37,619 bases of DNA from a virus, in IMG/VR virus record IMGVR_UViG_3300036715_000355, positions 1 to 37,619 of that record. One strand, written 5' to 3'. A model generated the notes under the pieces. The model saw nothing but the letters and a program-made list of their open reading frames with translations, was not told the DNA's origin and did no database searches. Shown one piece after another: positions 23,059 to 32,845 of the stretch; positions within the stretch are counted from its first letter, which is position 1; every line of letters starts with the position of its first letter. A program made the translations under genes and the position numbers.

Positions 23059-23430
23059 ATGATTACCAATGTCGTCAATTCCAATGTGTATGGGACGGGC
23101 GTCCTTGCCAGTTCGGCGGCTACCGCTGACCAGCTCATCGCCACCTATACCGTCACCGCAGGCCGTGTATTCCAACTTGCCTGGTTGTGGGTTGGTGCAA
23201 AGCTCACAACCTACGCGGGAACCGCTACCGACTTCGGAACAGCCTCATTCCGCGTGAATGGTTCTAAGAAGTGGACCTGGCAGATTACCGGGAGCGGATT
23301 CGGGTATGCATCCGTGACGCCTGCGGACTCGTTCCCCCTGGCGGCTGGTGATGTCATCACCATCGTATGCACCCCGTCCGCTGTGACACCGTTTAGCTGG
23401 GAAGCCAATTTTGGAGGAACTGAAGTATGA
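23059..23430 (+). CDS. Hypothetical virion-module protein (123 aa)
   Basis: ATG at 23059 with GAGGTG SD. The track lists a GTG at 23053. Confidence 0.55.
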   Translation: MITNVVNSNVYGTGVLASSAATADQLIATYTVTAGRVFQLAWLWVGAKLTTYAGTATDFGTASFRVNGSKKWTWQITGSGFGYASVTPADSFPLAAGDVITIVCTPSAVTPFSWEANFGGTEV

Positions 23431-23600
23431 GTTACCCCAAGTGGCGGCATCACCCGACGCTGGAATCCGTGATCGTTTACGACGAAGGCGTGTGTGTGTC
23501 GCAGACCCCCGATGAAGACGGCTGGCGTGATGACCGCGACTTCCCTACCGATGACGAGCCCAAGCGCAAGCCAGGGCGCCCCCGCAAGGTGGAGGAATAA
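23427..23600 (+). CDS. Small protein (57 aa) with C-terminal AT-hook-like KRKPGRPRK
   Basis: ATGA overlap. MSYPKWRHHPTLESV... Confidence 0.45.
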   Translation: MSYPKWRHHPTLESVIVYDEGVCVSQTPDEDGWRDDRDFPTDDEPKRKPGRPRKVEE

Positions 23601-23603
23601 CGC

Positions 23604-24341
23604 ATGACCACCCATGTTCGAGACTTGCTGACTGATGCCCTGCTCGAACTAGGGGTATTTGACCCGTCTGAGGCCATAGACGCGGGGGCCGCTAACTCTG
23701 CACTTCGTGAATTGAACCGGATGGTCTCATCGTGGGCCAACGACGATCTGATGATCTACACCGTGGATCGCCGGACCTTCGCCATGGTCGCCAATCAGCA
23801 GGATTATACTATCGGCGTGGGGGGAACATTCAACACGCCTTACCCTGTTCGCCCCGGCCAGATCAACCTTGTGTCGGTCATTTTGAATGGGGTTGAGCTT
23901 CCGGTTGAGATCCTGAATGACGAACAGTGGCGTGATATCGCGCTCAAGGCACCATACCAGACGGTCCCTAGCACGATCCCTAACTACGTGTGGGCCGATG
24001 GCAACTTCCCGCTGAATGGGCTCCACTTCTATCCTGTCCCGACTGGCCCGATCCCCTTGATTATGTCGGTTTGGGGCCAGATCGTAGCGTTCACTTCGCC
24101 TAATGATGTGGTCACGTTGCCCCAAGGCTATGAGGATGCCATCGTCAAGAACCTCGCCGTTAGGCTTGGGCCCCGATACGGGGTCCAGTCTAACCCCGCA
24201 ACGGTTGCACTTGCCCAAGCCGCGAAGATGCACATCAAGTCCCAGAACTGGGAACCGACCTATCGCTCTGTCGATTCGGCGTTGGCCGGAGTTGGCTCCA
24301 GTATCGGTCGCAAGTCCCGTGGTTACGTTGTGGATCCGTAG
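23604..24341 (+). CDS. Putative head-to-tail adaptor / tail-proximal structural protein
   Basis: LLTDALLELGV...ALRELNRMVSSW N-terminal pattern, which is common in podovirus adaptor proteins. Synteny supports it. Confidence 0.45.
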   Translation: MTTHVRDLLTDALLELGVFDPSEAIDAGAANSALRELNRMVSSWANDDLMIYTVDRRTFAMVANQQDYTIGVGGTFNTPYPVRPGQINLVSVILNGVELPVEILNDEQWRDIALKAPYQTVPSTIPNYVWADGNFPLNGLHFYPVPTGPIPLIMSVWGQIVAFTSPNDVVTLPQGYEDAIVKNLAVRLGPRYGVQSNPATVALAQAAKMHIKSQNWEPTYRSVDSALAGVGSSIGRKSRGYVVDP

Positions 24342-24349
24342 GAGAACAC

Positions 24350-24511
24350 ATGAAAAAGGCTCATCCAGGCTTCGCCGCCGTCCAGAAGAAGATCGAAGGC
24401 GAAGGCTACAGCAAGAAATCGGCCGGTGCCATTCTCGCCAATGCATCACGGAAGGCCAGCCCCGCCGCTAAGAAGGCTAATCCAAACCTAAAGAAAGTCG
24501 GAGGGAAGTAA
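24350..24511 (+). CDS. Small Lys-rich basic protein (53 aa)
   Basis: GGAGAACAC SD. MKKAHPGFAAVQKKIEGEGYSKKSAGAILANASRKA... Confidence 0.45.
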   Translation: MKKAHPGFAAVQKKIEGEGYSKKSAGAILANASRKASPAAKKANPNLKKVGGK

Positions 24512-24666
24512 TGGCAAAAGAGATCGGAATGCCCAAGAACGCATCCAAGGCCGCAAAGAAGGCCGACGAGAAGATGGACAAGGCCAAAGGCATCAAAGAG
24601 GGCTCCAAGGCTGATCTGAAGGCCGATAAGTCTATCATGAAGAAATATGGGAAGAAGGGGAAATAA
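24511..24666 (+). CDS. Small Lys-rich basic protein (51 aa)
   Basis: TAATG junctions on both sides. About 30 percent Lys. Confidence 0.4.
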   Translation: MAKEIGMPKNASKAAKKADEKMDKAKGIKEGSKADLKADKSIMKKYGKKGK

Positions 24667-24950
24667 TGAAGAAGATCGTTGATCCTAAACACTTCGCGAC
24701 CGTGTGCGGGGCTCTCACTGTTTCGGGCTCCAAGACCGCCATCAAGATTATGGATGAGAAAACCATCGTCAAGGCTACTTGGCGTAATAAGCCAAGCGGG
24801 CGTAACTCGCGGGAAGAGATGGTTGTGACCTACGGGGCACCGGACTATCGGACCCTCGTCTTCATCAAGAAATGCAAGAAAGCCGGTGAGCCATTCCCTA
24901 TCAAGAAGGTTCAGTTCAGGGCATGGCCGGTCAAGAAGGCGAATAAGTAA
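24666..24950 (+). CDS. Hypothetical protein (94 aa)
   Basis: ORF taken from the track, with TAATG coupling. Confidence 0.55.
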   Translation: MKKIVDPKHFATVCGALTVSGSKTAIKIMDEKTIVKATWRNKPSGRNSREEMVVTYGAPDYRTLVFIKKCKKAGEPFPIKKVQFRAWPVKKANK

Positions 24951-26389
24951 TGAGAATCCGGGGGGCCGTTGGACCCGCCTACGCCCTTTCTACGGTCCCA
25001 CTGGACTGCCAGCAGACTATTAACCTGTTTTTAGAGCCTGATGAACTTCAGACAGGCAAGGATGGGTCTATCGGTGCTTTGGTCTGTCGCCCAGATCTGA
25101 CGACCTTCTGCACTCTGCCCATCGCACCGGTTCGGGGCATGTGGCGGGTGTCTGTGAGTGGCCGGGTCTTCGCAGCGGGCGGGAACGCTCTCTATGAGAT
25201 CACCTCTGCCGGTGCGGTAACGAAGATCGGGTATCTAAAGACTGATACCGGGTCTGTCTCAATGAGCGACAATGGCCTCCAGTTGATCGTGGTGGATGGA
25301 GCGGCGGGTTACATCCTGACATTCTCCAACGGCATCTTTGCGCCCATCACTTCCCCGGCGTTCTACAGCTCGAACAAGGTTGTCTTCACCGACACATATT
25401 TCGTGCTAGTTCGTCCCAATTCTGACCAGATTTACCAGTCAGACTCATACGATGGGTTTACCTACGGGGCTCTTGACTTTACCACGGCTGACGCGAACCC
25501 AGATAAGACCGTCACATCTGTCCGGTATCGTAACCAGTTGGCAGTCTTTGGTGAACGGTCTACAGCCTTTTATCAGGACGCTGGAAGCAAAAACTTCGCA
25601 TTTGATAGGATTAACGGTTCTTTAATTGAACATGGATGCGCTGCCCCCTTGTCACCGGCCAAAGATGGCGATACACTGGTATGGCTGGGAGAAGATGAGT
25701 ATGGGAATGGCGTGGTCTACAAAACAGTAGGCTATCAGGCTTCCAGGGCTTCAAACTATGGAGTCGAGCTTGCCATCCAGGGATATGGAGACATCTCCAA
25801 CGCCACGGGTTTCATGTTCCAGACTCGCGGGCATACCTTCTACGTGTTGAGCTTCCCGAGTGCTAATACATCCTGGGTGATGGATGTTGGCTTGGGAACC
25901 TGGTATGAATGGAAATCGACCAAAGCAGACGGTTCCCAAGGCCCATGGCGTGCTTGGCAGCATGTATGGGCTTTCGGTAAACATCTAGTGGGAGACTTTG
26001 AGAATGGCAAAATCTATTCTCTCGGCTTCTCCAGTAGGACTGATGACGGGGCTGTCATCCAGAGACGGCGAAGGCTACCCCCTGTATCGAACAACCTCAA
26101 GCGGCTCATCCATTCCAAGTTTCAGTTGGATTGCCGAACCGGGGTCGGGACAGACGGAACCAATCAAGGCCAGCAACCTACCGTGATGCTTCGCTACTCG
26201 GATGATGGTGGGCAGTCTTGGTCCTCTGAGAAGTGGGCTCAACTTGGGCGCATTGGGCAGACCCAGGCACGTGCTATCTGGAGGATGTTGGGTCAGAGCC
26301 GGAACCGGGTCTATGAGGTCACAGTAACCGATCCTGTTGACGTAGCGATCATGGGGGCCGATCTTGACGCGACCCCGTGTGCCTCATGA
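24950..26389 (+). CDS. P22 gp10-like packaged-DNA stabilisation / tail hub protein
   Basis: 479 aa. N-terminal ...QQTINLFLEP...RGMW...GGNALYEI...MSDNGLQLIVVDGAAGYI pattern. Confidence 0.65.
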   Translation: MRIRGAVGPAYALSTVPLDCQQTINLFLEPDELQTGKDGSIGALVCRPDLTTFCTLPIAPVRGMWRVSVSGRVFAAGGNALYEITSAGAVTKIGYLKTDTGSVSMSDNGLQLIVVDGAAGYILTFSNGIFAPITSPAFYSSNKVVFTDTYFVLVRPNSDQIYQSDSYDGFTYGALDFTTADANPDKTVTSVRYRNQLAVFGERSTAFYQDAGSKNFAFDRINGSLIEHGCAAPLSPAKDGDTLVWLGEDEYGNGVVYKTVGYQASRASNYGVELAIQGYGDISNATGFMFQTRGHTFYVLSFPSANTSWVMDVGLGTWYEWKSTKADGSQGPWRAWQHVWAFGKHLVGDFENGKIYSLGFSSRTDDGAVIQRRRRLPPVSNNLKRLIHSKFQLDCRTGVGTDGTNQGQQPTVMLRYSDDGGQSWSSEKWAQLGRIGQTQARAIWRMLGQSRNRVYEVTVTDPVDVAIMGADLDATPCAS

Positions 26390-27195
26390 GCATTCAAAAC
26401 GCTCCCATCCGTGAGCCCATCCAGCCCATGCCGCCGGTATGGTCGATCTGGTTCCAAAACCTTGTAACGGCATTCAACGCACTCTTGGCGTCTGCTGGGG
26501 TCATCAATATGCCTGCGTCCCGTATCCCTTTCGGCAATGCAGGTGGGACTGGGGTTGATTCGTCGGCTGCGCTAACGTTCGACGGGACCAAACTGGACAG
26601 CCCACAGGCTAGGTTCGGGACTGATACTGATTACACAGAGATCGAGGCAGACGGGACTATCCGCATGGTTGGAGCTGCTAGTGTCTGGAACGACATCAAC
26701 ATTAGCCTTGTGCCCCCGCAGGGTGGTGCATCTGCCCCGGCCATTATCGCGTTCAACGGGGATTCTAATCTCGATTGCTATGCGTATTCGGGGACCAACC
26801 CAACCCCGGACGAGATCCACTCAAGCCTAGAGATCCTGCATGGCTACAAAGAGGGGTCAGACCTGCACTTCCATGTCCATGCCTACCCAACCAACGCTAA
26901 CACTGGCGATGTGAAGTTGAGCCTACGTTACACATGGTTCAACCGTGGCACCGTCCCAGCAGCGGCTGTGACTGTCCCTATGGTGCTCCCAATGCCTGGC
27001 GTGGCGTGGCAGGAAACAACGTTCGCATCTGTCCTAAGCGGGGCAGGTAAGAACATGGGCTCCCGCTTCGTCTATTCGGTGTTCCGAGACACTACCGATG
27101 TCCAGGACACCTACGCAAGCAACCTAGCAGTAACAGATATGGGGCTGCATTACGAGATTGATCAGATCGGGTCTAGGGAGATTTTTGTAAAATGA
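26386..27195 (+). CDS. Virion/tail structural protein, unknown role
   Basis: ATGA overlap at 26386. Beta-rich. Lies within the tail module. Confidence 0.5.
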   Translation: MSIQNAPIREPIQPMPPVWSIWFQNLVTAFNALLASAGVINMPASRIPFGNAGGTGVDSSAALTFDGTKLDSPQARFGTDTDYTEIEADGTIRMVGAASVWNDINISLVPPQGGASAPAIIAFNGDSNLDCYAYSGTNPTPDEIHSSLEILHGYKEGSDLHFHVHAYPTNANTGDVKLSLRYTWFNRGTVPAAAVTVPMVLPMPGVAWQETTFASVLSGAGKNMGSRFVYSVFRDTTDVQDTYASNLAVTDMGLHYEIDQIGSREIFVK

Positions 27196-27998
27196 ACTTC
27201 CAGGTTGAATACCGCGCTCCGATGCCGTTGGATATCCCGGGGCTTGAGTCTACCATGCTCAAGATGCCGCAAGAGCCCGCCCCAGTTGTGCATCGGTTTG
27301 GGCCTGGGATTTATATCCGTGAGGTTCGTCTCCCCGCTGGTTCTTTCGTGATTGGTCACGAGCAATTAACAGAGCATCTGAACATCATGCTAACTGGCAA
27401 AGTATTGATGGCTGATGGATCGGTCCTGGAGGCCCCTACAATGTTCGTCGGGAGACCTGGCAAAAAGGCCGGGTTCATCGAAGAGGATTGTGTGTGGCTG
27501 AATGTCTACGCTACCGAAGAAACAGATGTAGACAAACTTGAATCCATGTTTCTGCGCAAGTCCGAGGCATTCATGGCTCACCGTGGCGCTATGGATGAAC
27601 CCGCAGCACGCGAAGACTTCGCCAAGATGTTAGATGATCTTGGAGTGAGCGCCGAAACTGTAGCCTTCCAATCCGAGAATGAATCAGATCAAATTGCAAT
27701 GCCTTACGGTGCATATAAGTTCCAGCTTGGACCGTCGCCCATCCACGGTAAAGGTATCTTTTCTTGTGGAGGATATGAAGCGGGCGAAGTCATCGGAGAA
27801 GCCCGCATCAATGGCATGAGGACACCTCTCGGGTGCTATACCAATCATTCTGGGACTCCTAACGCGAAGATGGATCGCCGGGGGCAAGACATCTATCTAG
27901 TGGCGTCTCGGCCAATCACGAGCCAACATGGCGGATGGCTGGGTGAAGAGATCACAGTAGATTACCGAGTTTCAGTGGAGGTCACATGTCAGGCGTAG
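27192..27998 (+). CDS. Cupin-like N-terminal domain fused to a C-terminal SET-domain (protein lysine methyltransferase-like)
   Basis: SET signatures: SPIHGKGIFS, YTNHSGTPNA (compare NHSCxPN) and GEEITVDY (compare GEELxxDY). N-terminal HRFGPGIYIREVRLPAGSFVIGHEQ..H..ML.G is cupin-like. Confidence 0.7.
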   Translation: MNFQVEYRAPMPLDIPGLESTMLKMPQEPAPVVHRFGPGIYIREVRLPAGSFVIGHEQLTEHLNIMLTGKVLMADGSVLEAPTMFVGRPGKKAGFIEEDCVWLNVYATEETDVDKLESMFLRKSEAFMAHRGAMDEPAAREDFAKMLDDLGVSAETVAFQSENESDQIAMPYGAYKFQLGPSPIHGKGIFSCGGYEAGEVIGEARINGMRTPLGCYTNHSGTPNAKMDRRGQDIYLVASRPITSQHGGWLGEEITVDYRVSVEVTCQA

Positions 27999-28750
27999 CA
28001 ACTGCAATAGCAGTGGGAAGCATCGGTGGGGCATTGATTAGTTCTAATGCTTCAAGCCAGGCGGCTAAGGGAGCCGCGAATGCCGCTAACCAGGCCAATG
28101 CCACTCAATGGGGCATGTATGACCAGAATCGGACAGACCAGGCACCTTGGCGCGAAGCTGGGGGGATGGCACTTGGCCAGATGCAGGCAGGGATGCAGCC
28201 GGGAGGCGAGTTTAATCGCACTTTCGGAATGGGCGACTACCAGGCAGACCCCGGCTATCAGTTCCGGCTGGATCAGGGTAACAAGGCACTCCAGAGGGCC
28301 GGGGCGAAGTTCGGTAACAGCCTGAGCGGTGCCCAGCTTCAGGGCGCTTCAGACTACAACCAGGGCATGGCATCCCAGGAATACGGGAACGCTTACAACC
28401 GGTTCATGAACAACAGGACCACGCGGTTTGGTGAACTGTCGAACATGGCGGGGCTGGGCCAGTCGTCCGTAGGGGCCACAGGGCAGGCGGGACAGAATGT
28501 GGCCAATCAGGTAGGCAATAACACTATGGGCGCTGCTACGGTAGCAGGCAACGCTGGGATGGCCAACGCTGGGAACTGGAGTAACGCCATGAACAACGGA
28601 ATCAACCAGTGGCAGAACTACAGCCAGATGCAGAACATGAGCAACGCTGGCAACTTCAGCATCACCGGGACACCTGGGTCTTCATCTCCCAACTTCGGGA
28701 ATAACTGGGGCCAGACTGTTGCGACTGTCCCTGTGAACTACGGGGGTTAG
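27986..28750 (+). CDS. Internal virion / ejection protein (G/N/Q/A-rich)
   Basis: Hydrophobic N-terminus and a DPGYQFRLDQGNKALQR motif, which is common in podovirus internal proteins. Confidence 0.55.
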   Translation: MSGVATAIAVGSIGGALISSNASSQAAKGAANAANQANATQWGMYDQNRTDQAPWREAGGMALGQMQAGMQPGGEFNRTFGMGDYQADPGYQFRLDQGNKALQRAGAKFGNSLSGAQLQGASDYNQGMASQEYGNAYNRFMNNRTTRFGELSNMAGLGQSSVGATGQAGQNVANQVGNNTMGAATVAGNAGMANAGNWSNAMNNGINQWQNYSQMQNMSNAGNFSITGTPGSSSPNFGNNWGQTVATVPVNYGG

Positions 28751-28751
28751 G

Positions 28752-30284
28752 ATGCCTTTCGAGGGAATGAACTTCGGTCTAGCGCGGCCTACCGTCCAGG
28801 TTGAAAATCCTATGGATGTGGCGATGAAGGGCCTGGCCATGCGAAGTCAGATGCAACAGCAAGCTATCCAACAGCAAGGTATGCAGGATGCCCAGGACTT
28901 CCGTAACCAATACGGGATGAGCCCCGGCATGGCGAAGAATGTTAAGGACCTCCAGACCGCAGGCTACCAGGCGGAACACGCTAAGTCGCTAGCCCTAAAC
29001 GAACACACTAAGGCTGTCGATTGGCTGGTAACCCAGCAGAACAAGACGTATCAGTCGGCCCTGGACGCATTGAACAAGGACCCTAACGCGGCCCCCGGTA
29101 TCCATTCGTTTGTTCTCCAGAAGACTGCCCAGAATGCCCAGCAGATCGGGGTTGATTCATCCAAGAGTGATGACCCCCTTAACTTCGTCACCACAGCGGC
29201 CCCATTCGCCCCTGGCGAGGCTGAAAAATGGGATGTGGAAGCCCAGAAGTCTTGGCTTGAGCAGAAGGTCAAGGATACGACCCCCGAGGCCGTGGCTCAG
29301 AAACGGGCAGAACTGGCGCTCCAACAGCAGAAGGCGGACCAAGACGTATGGGAGAAGACGCCCACTAGGGATGGGTTCGCTCGGTTCAACAAGAAAACTG
29401 GAGTGATGGAAGCGGTAGACGGTGGATTTAAGCCGCCCATCACTGCCGCCCAGATCAACCTAGGCACCGGGCAGGCACACAACACTGGAACAGGGGTTGA
29501 TACATCTAAGCCACTTGCCAACCCACAAGCTGAGGGTCTAGCCCGTGATTTTGCCGATGGCAAACCACAGCCTGCCATCACATCTCGCACCCCTGCGTGG
29601 GTCAGTGACGCTATCGCCCGTGGCCGCCAAATCTACGCACAGGCTAATGGAGGCGATGAACAAGGGTATGGGACGACCTCAGGGGTCATTAAGAAGTCCC
29701 GCGAAGCTTGGGCGCCGGGCGGCGCGATGATGAACACGGCTGCGGCTGTTGACGTTGCTACGGGGCATCTAGCCGCCAGAGATCAATTCATTGAGGCGCT
29801 AAAGAATGGTGATGCGGCCAAGATGAATGACCTTAAAAACTACTTCAAGACCCAGTTCAATCTTAGCACTGCCCCGAATGACCTTCGGACTATCAATGGG
29901 CTTGTTGCACCTGAGATCGCAAAGGTGGTCAAAGGTTCAACCAATACGAACGAATCTGAAGTTCAGGATATCCGAAAATCCCTTGGCGATGACCTAGCAT
30001 CAGAGATTCAGAAAAGCGGGGGGCAGGTATTCCGTGGGGCGATGGGAACCAGGCTTGAGAACATGGAGAACCAATACAAGGTTGCCTACCCAGGCAAGAG
30101 TCTTTCCCGTGTGCTTCTACCCGCTACGGTTAAGACTTTCCCATCAGTATTTGGTAATGGTGCCCAAGGTGGCGCGGGTGCTACACCTGCACCCGCTCAA
30201 CGTATCACCGCAACGCAAGCTAATGGAACGAAACTTCAACTTTCAGCCGACGGGAAATCATGGGAACCAATGGGGGGTAAGTAA
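28752..30284 (+). CDS. Internal virion / ejection protein
   Basis: Size, position and Q/A-rich helical composition. No enzymatic motif seen. Confidence 0.45.
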   Translation: MPFEGMNFGLARPTVQVENPMDVAMKGLAMRSQMQQQAIQQQGMQDAQDFRNQYGMSPGMAKNVKDLQTAGYQAEHAKSLALNEHTKAVDWLVTQQNKTYQSALDALNKDPNAAPGIHSFVLQKTAQNAQQIGVDSSKSDDPLNFVTTAAPFAPGEAEKWDVEAQKSWLEQKVKDTTPEAVAQKRAELALQQQKADQDVWEKTPTRDGFARFNKKTGVMEAVDGGFKPPITAAQINLGTGQAHNTGTGVDTSKPLANPQAEGLARDFADGKPQPAITSRTPAWVSDAIARGRQIYAQANGGDEQGYGTTSGVIKKSREAWAPGGAMMNTAAAVDVATGHLAARDQFIEALKNGDAAKMNDLKNYFKTQFNLSTAPNDLRTINGLVAPEIAKVVKGSTNTNESEVQDIRKSLGDDLASEIQKSGGQVFRGAMGTRLENMENQYKVAYPGKSLSRVLLPATVKTFPSVFGNGAQGGAGATPAPAQRITATQANGTKLQLSADGKSWEPMGGK

Positions 30285-32845
30285 TGCCTGAACTTCCGCC
30301 CCTCCCGAAAGGCGCAAGCCTTGATGCCCCGTTACCTAGCGGTGCGACATTAGATAGTCTGCCGCCCCTTCCTAATGGTGCAAAGCTAGATCAAGCTCCT
30401 TCCGATAACTTCCAGCCCACTCAATACGGGTTCGGCATTAAGACTATTGACCTCGGGCATGGGAAACAGTCAGTTCAACGCAGCGGGGATGCCGGGGTCT
30501 ACTTTGGACCCGACCAAGGTAACACCGGGAAACCGGGGTGGTTTGACGCTAAGGGCAACCGTTTGGGCGATACCCCCGGCGCTGACCCTGGATTTGTAGA
30601 CCGGCAAATCAACGCAGACCAGCAGCGCAGGGCGCACCCGGTCCAGAGCCTTATCTCTGGTATTGGCAACCTTGGTATCGGTGTTAGCCCTGGCGGGTTG
30701 GTCCAGAACATCCGGGAGATTACTGGAAACACTACTCCGTATGCGGTTGAGAAGTATCTACCAGCGCCCAACGTGGCGGGGGTCGGGAAGGGCCTGACTG
30801 ATACGGTGCTGGCACCTGCTCAACTTGTGGCTCATGCCGTTGGTTCTAATGCGGTTGATCCCGCAGTAAACGCGGTTGATAACTATTACAAGGGGAACTT
30901 CAACGAAAGCAAGACAGGCGAAGCCATTGGTCAGGCTCTTCCGTTCCTGGCCACGGCTGGAGGCTCATCGGCTGCACAGGCCCCCGCACAGGTTCTCACC
31001 ACGGCTCAGAAGGTCAAGGCGGCTTTGTTTGGTATCGCTAAGGCTTCTGCTACTGGGGCTGTTGCGGCCCCTGTCATGACCCCGGAAACCAATGTCCAGG
31101 GCGAAGGCGACTATTGGAATCGGAAACGAGCAGAGTCCAAGACCGGGGCCAAGGTTGGCGGGGCTTTGGGAACCGTTGGGCAAGGTTTAAGTGCATGGGC
31201 ATCTCGTTCCACAACCCCAGCGGCTGAAGTGGCAGCAGAGATTACTCCAGAGATTACTCCAGAGGTTGTGGGGAAGACAGCTCGGAAGGCATCGGGGAAA
31301 GGATTAGGGGCGTCACAGGCCAAGACAGAACTAGCGCAGATGGCAGAATTCAATCCAGAAGCCAAGGCACAGGCAGATAGACTTGGGATGGAACTTCCGG
31401 CCGATGTCCTTTCTGACAACCCGCAGGTTCGGTCTGCGGCAGGCCTAACCCGGTCTGTTGCCGGTAGCCAACCTGAGGCCGGGTGGAGAACTACAGTTTC
31501 AAATGCCGCAGATCAAGCCGACAAGATCATGGCCGAGAATGACGCCCATTTCGCGGCAGGAACCACCAGCCCTGGCTCGGTTTCTGCAAAGGTTAACAAA
31601 GCCTTGATTAGTGAACGGGATGCCATCGCTAAACAGGCTAATGATGCCTACGGTGCGGTGAATGATTCGGTCCCAAAAGAAACCCCGGTCCAGATGGATC
31701 GGCTTGGGGCGACCTTGGCAGATGTCGAACGTGAGGTTGGCCCCGGTGGGATGTCTAAGCAGGAAAGCAGATTGATTTCCATGCTGGGAGACAAAGACAA
31801 CCCCCCCACCTATGGACGACTCATCCGAGAAAAGAATCTCATCGGACAGGCTATCGGAGGCCAGAAGTCACCTTACGGCGATATGGAAACTGGAGCATTG
31901 AAACGGCTCTATGGTGCGTTGTCGGAAGACCAACTTGCTAATGTTGGTGACATTGCTGGGTCAGAGATGAGGTCTCAACTACACGGGGCCAACCTGCTGT
32001 TCGCAAAACAGAAGGGTCTAGAATCACGGATTACGGGTGCATTTGGTAATACGATGGATGGGTCTATCGCTGGTCAGATGCGGAACGCCATCACGCAGAG
32101 TGCCAAGGGTGACACCAAGGCTTTCAATAGTCTAATCAAGACGGTGCCTGGGGATCTGCACAAGGAAACTCTCATCACGGCTCTTGCCGATGCCACTAGG
32201 TCTAATCGTGGCGTTGATCAGGGAGGGTTTGGGTTTAGTGAGTTCGCTAAGACTTGGCGGGGCATCCAGGCTAACCCTGTGGTCTATGACAAGATGAACA
32301 GGACGCTTGGCCCTGAAACCGTGGCGATGCTTAATGACCTTCAGGGTATCTCACAACGGCTAACAGAATCTAGAGCCAATGTTCTGACCACAGGGAAGGC
32401 GAACCAAGCTCTCGTTAACACGATGGCAAAACAGACCACGTTTGAAAACCTAATGGACTCTACGGTCAGCAAGACCGCATCAACCGCTGCTGGAGCTGCT
32501 GGAGGTGGCCCGGTGGGGGCTGCCGCTACAAGCCTTCTACATCAAGCATTGAGCAAAGGTGGCAGACAGCCTCTCCGTGATATTGGGAACCTGTTCAACT
32601 CCCCAGAATTCCTAAAGTTGGTTGAAGACGTTTCAAGTGGTGCCAAACCTTCAGGTGCAACTGTTGAGGCTGTAGTTTTGAGCCCACGGTTCCAAAACTT
32701 CGTTTCTCACGTTAAGGATATGCCAAAAGGTGTATCGAATCGCGCTACCTGGCTTATGTCACGGATCGCGGCAGACCGTGCTACCCCCAAAATGCCTACC
32801 GCAGCCTCAACCGGAACCAATGACCAGATAGCGGAGAACAAATGA
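30284..32845 (+). CDS. Large internal virion / ejection protein
   Basis: 853 aa. TAATG coupling. Position equivalent to P22 gp16/gp20-type proteins. No lysozyme or transglycosylase motif recognised. Confidence 0.45.
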   Translation: MPELPPLPKGASLDAPLPSGATLDSLPPLPNGAKLDQAPSDNFQPTQYGFGIKTIDLGHGKQSVQRSGDAGVYFGPDQGNTGKPGWFDAKGNRLGDTPGADPGFVDRQINADQQRRAHPVQSLISGIGNLGIGVSPGGLVQNIREITGNTTPYAVEKYLPAPNVAGVGKGLTDTVLAPAQLVAHAVGSNAVDPAVNAVDNYYKGNFNESKTGEAIGQALPFLATAGGSSAAQAPAQVLTTAQKVKAALFGIAKASATGAVAAPVMTPETNVQGEGDYWNRKRAESKTGAKVGGALGTVGQGLSAWASRSTTPAAEVAAEITPEITPEVVGKTARKASGKGLGASQAKTELAQMAEFNPEAKAQADRLGMELPADVLSDNPQVRSAAGLTRSVAGSQPEAGWRTTVSNAADQADKIMAENDAHFAAGTTSPGSVSAKVNKALISERDAIAKQANDAYGAVNDSVPKETPVQMDRLGATLADVEREVGPGGMSKQESRLISMLGDKDNPPTYGRLIREKNLIGQAIGGQKSPYGDMETGALKRLYGALSEDQLANVGDIAGSEMRSQLHGANLLFAKQKGLESRITGAFGNTMDGSIAGQMRNAITQSAKGDTKAFNSLIKTVPGDLHKETLITALADATRSNRGVDQGGFGFSEFAKTWRGIQANPVVYDKMNRTLGPETVAMLNDLQGISQRLTESRANVLTTGKANQALVNTMAKQTTFENLMDSTVSKTASTAAGAAGGGPVGAAATSLLHQALSKGGRQPLRDIGNLFNSPEFLKLVEDVSSGAKPSGATVEAVVLSPRFQNFVSHVKDMPKGVSNRATWLMSRIAADRATPKMPTAASTGTNDQIAENK

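Noticed and set aside
23727-24449. 240-aa minus-strand ORF
   Set aside because: It is antisense to the adaptor-like gene and the coupled small basic ORFs. It is Arg-rich shadow-frame sequence.
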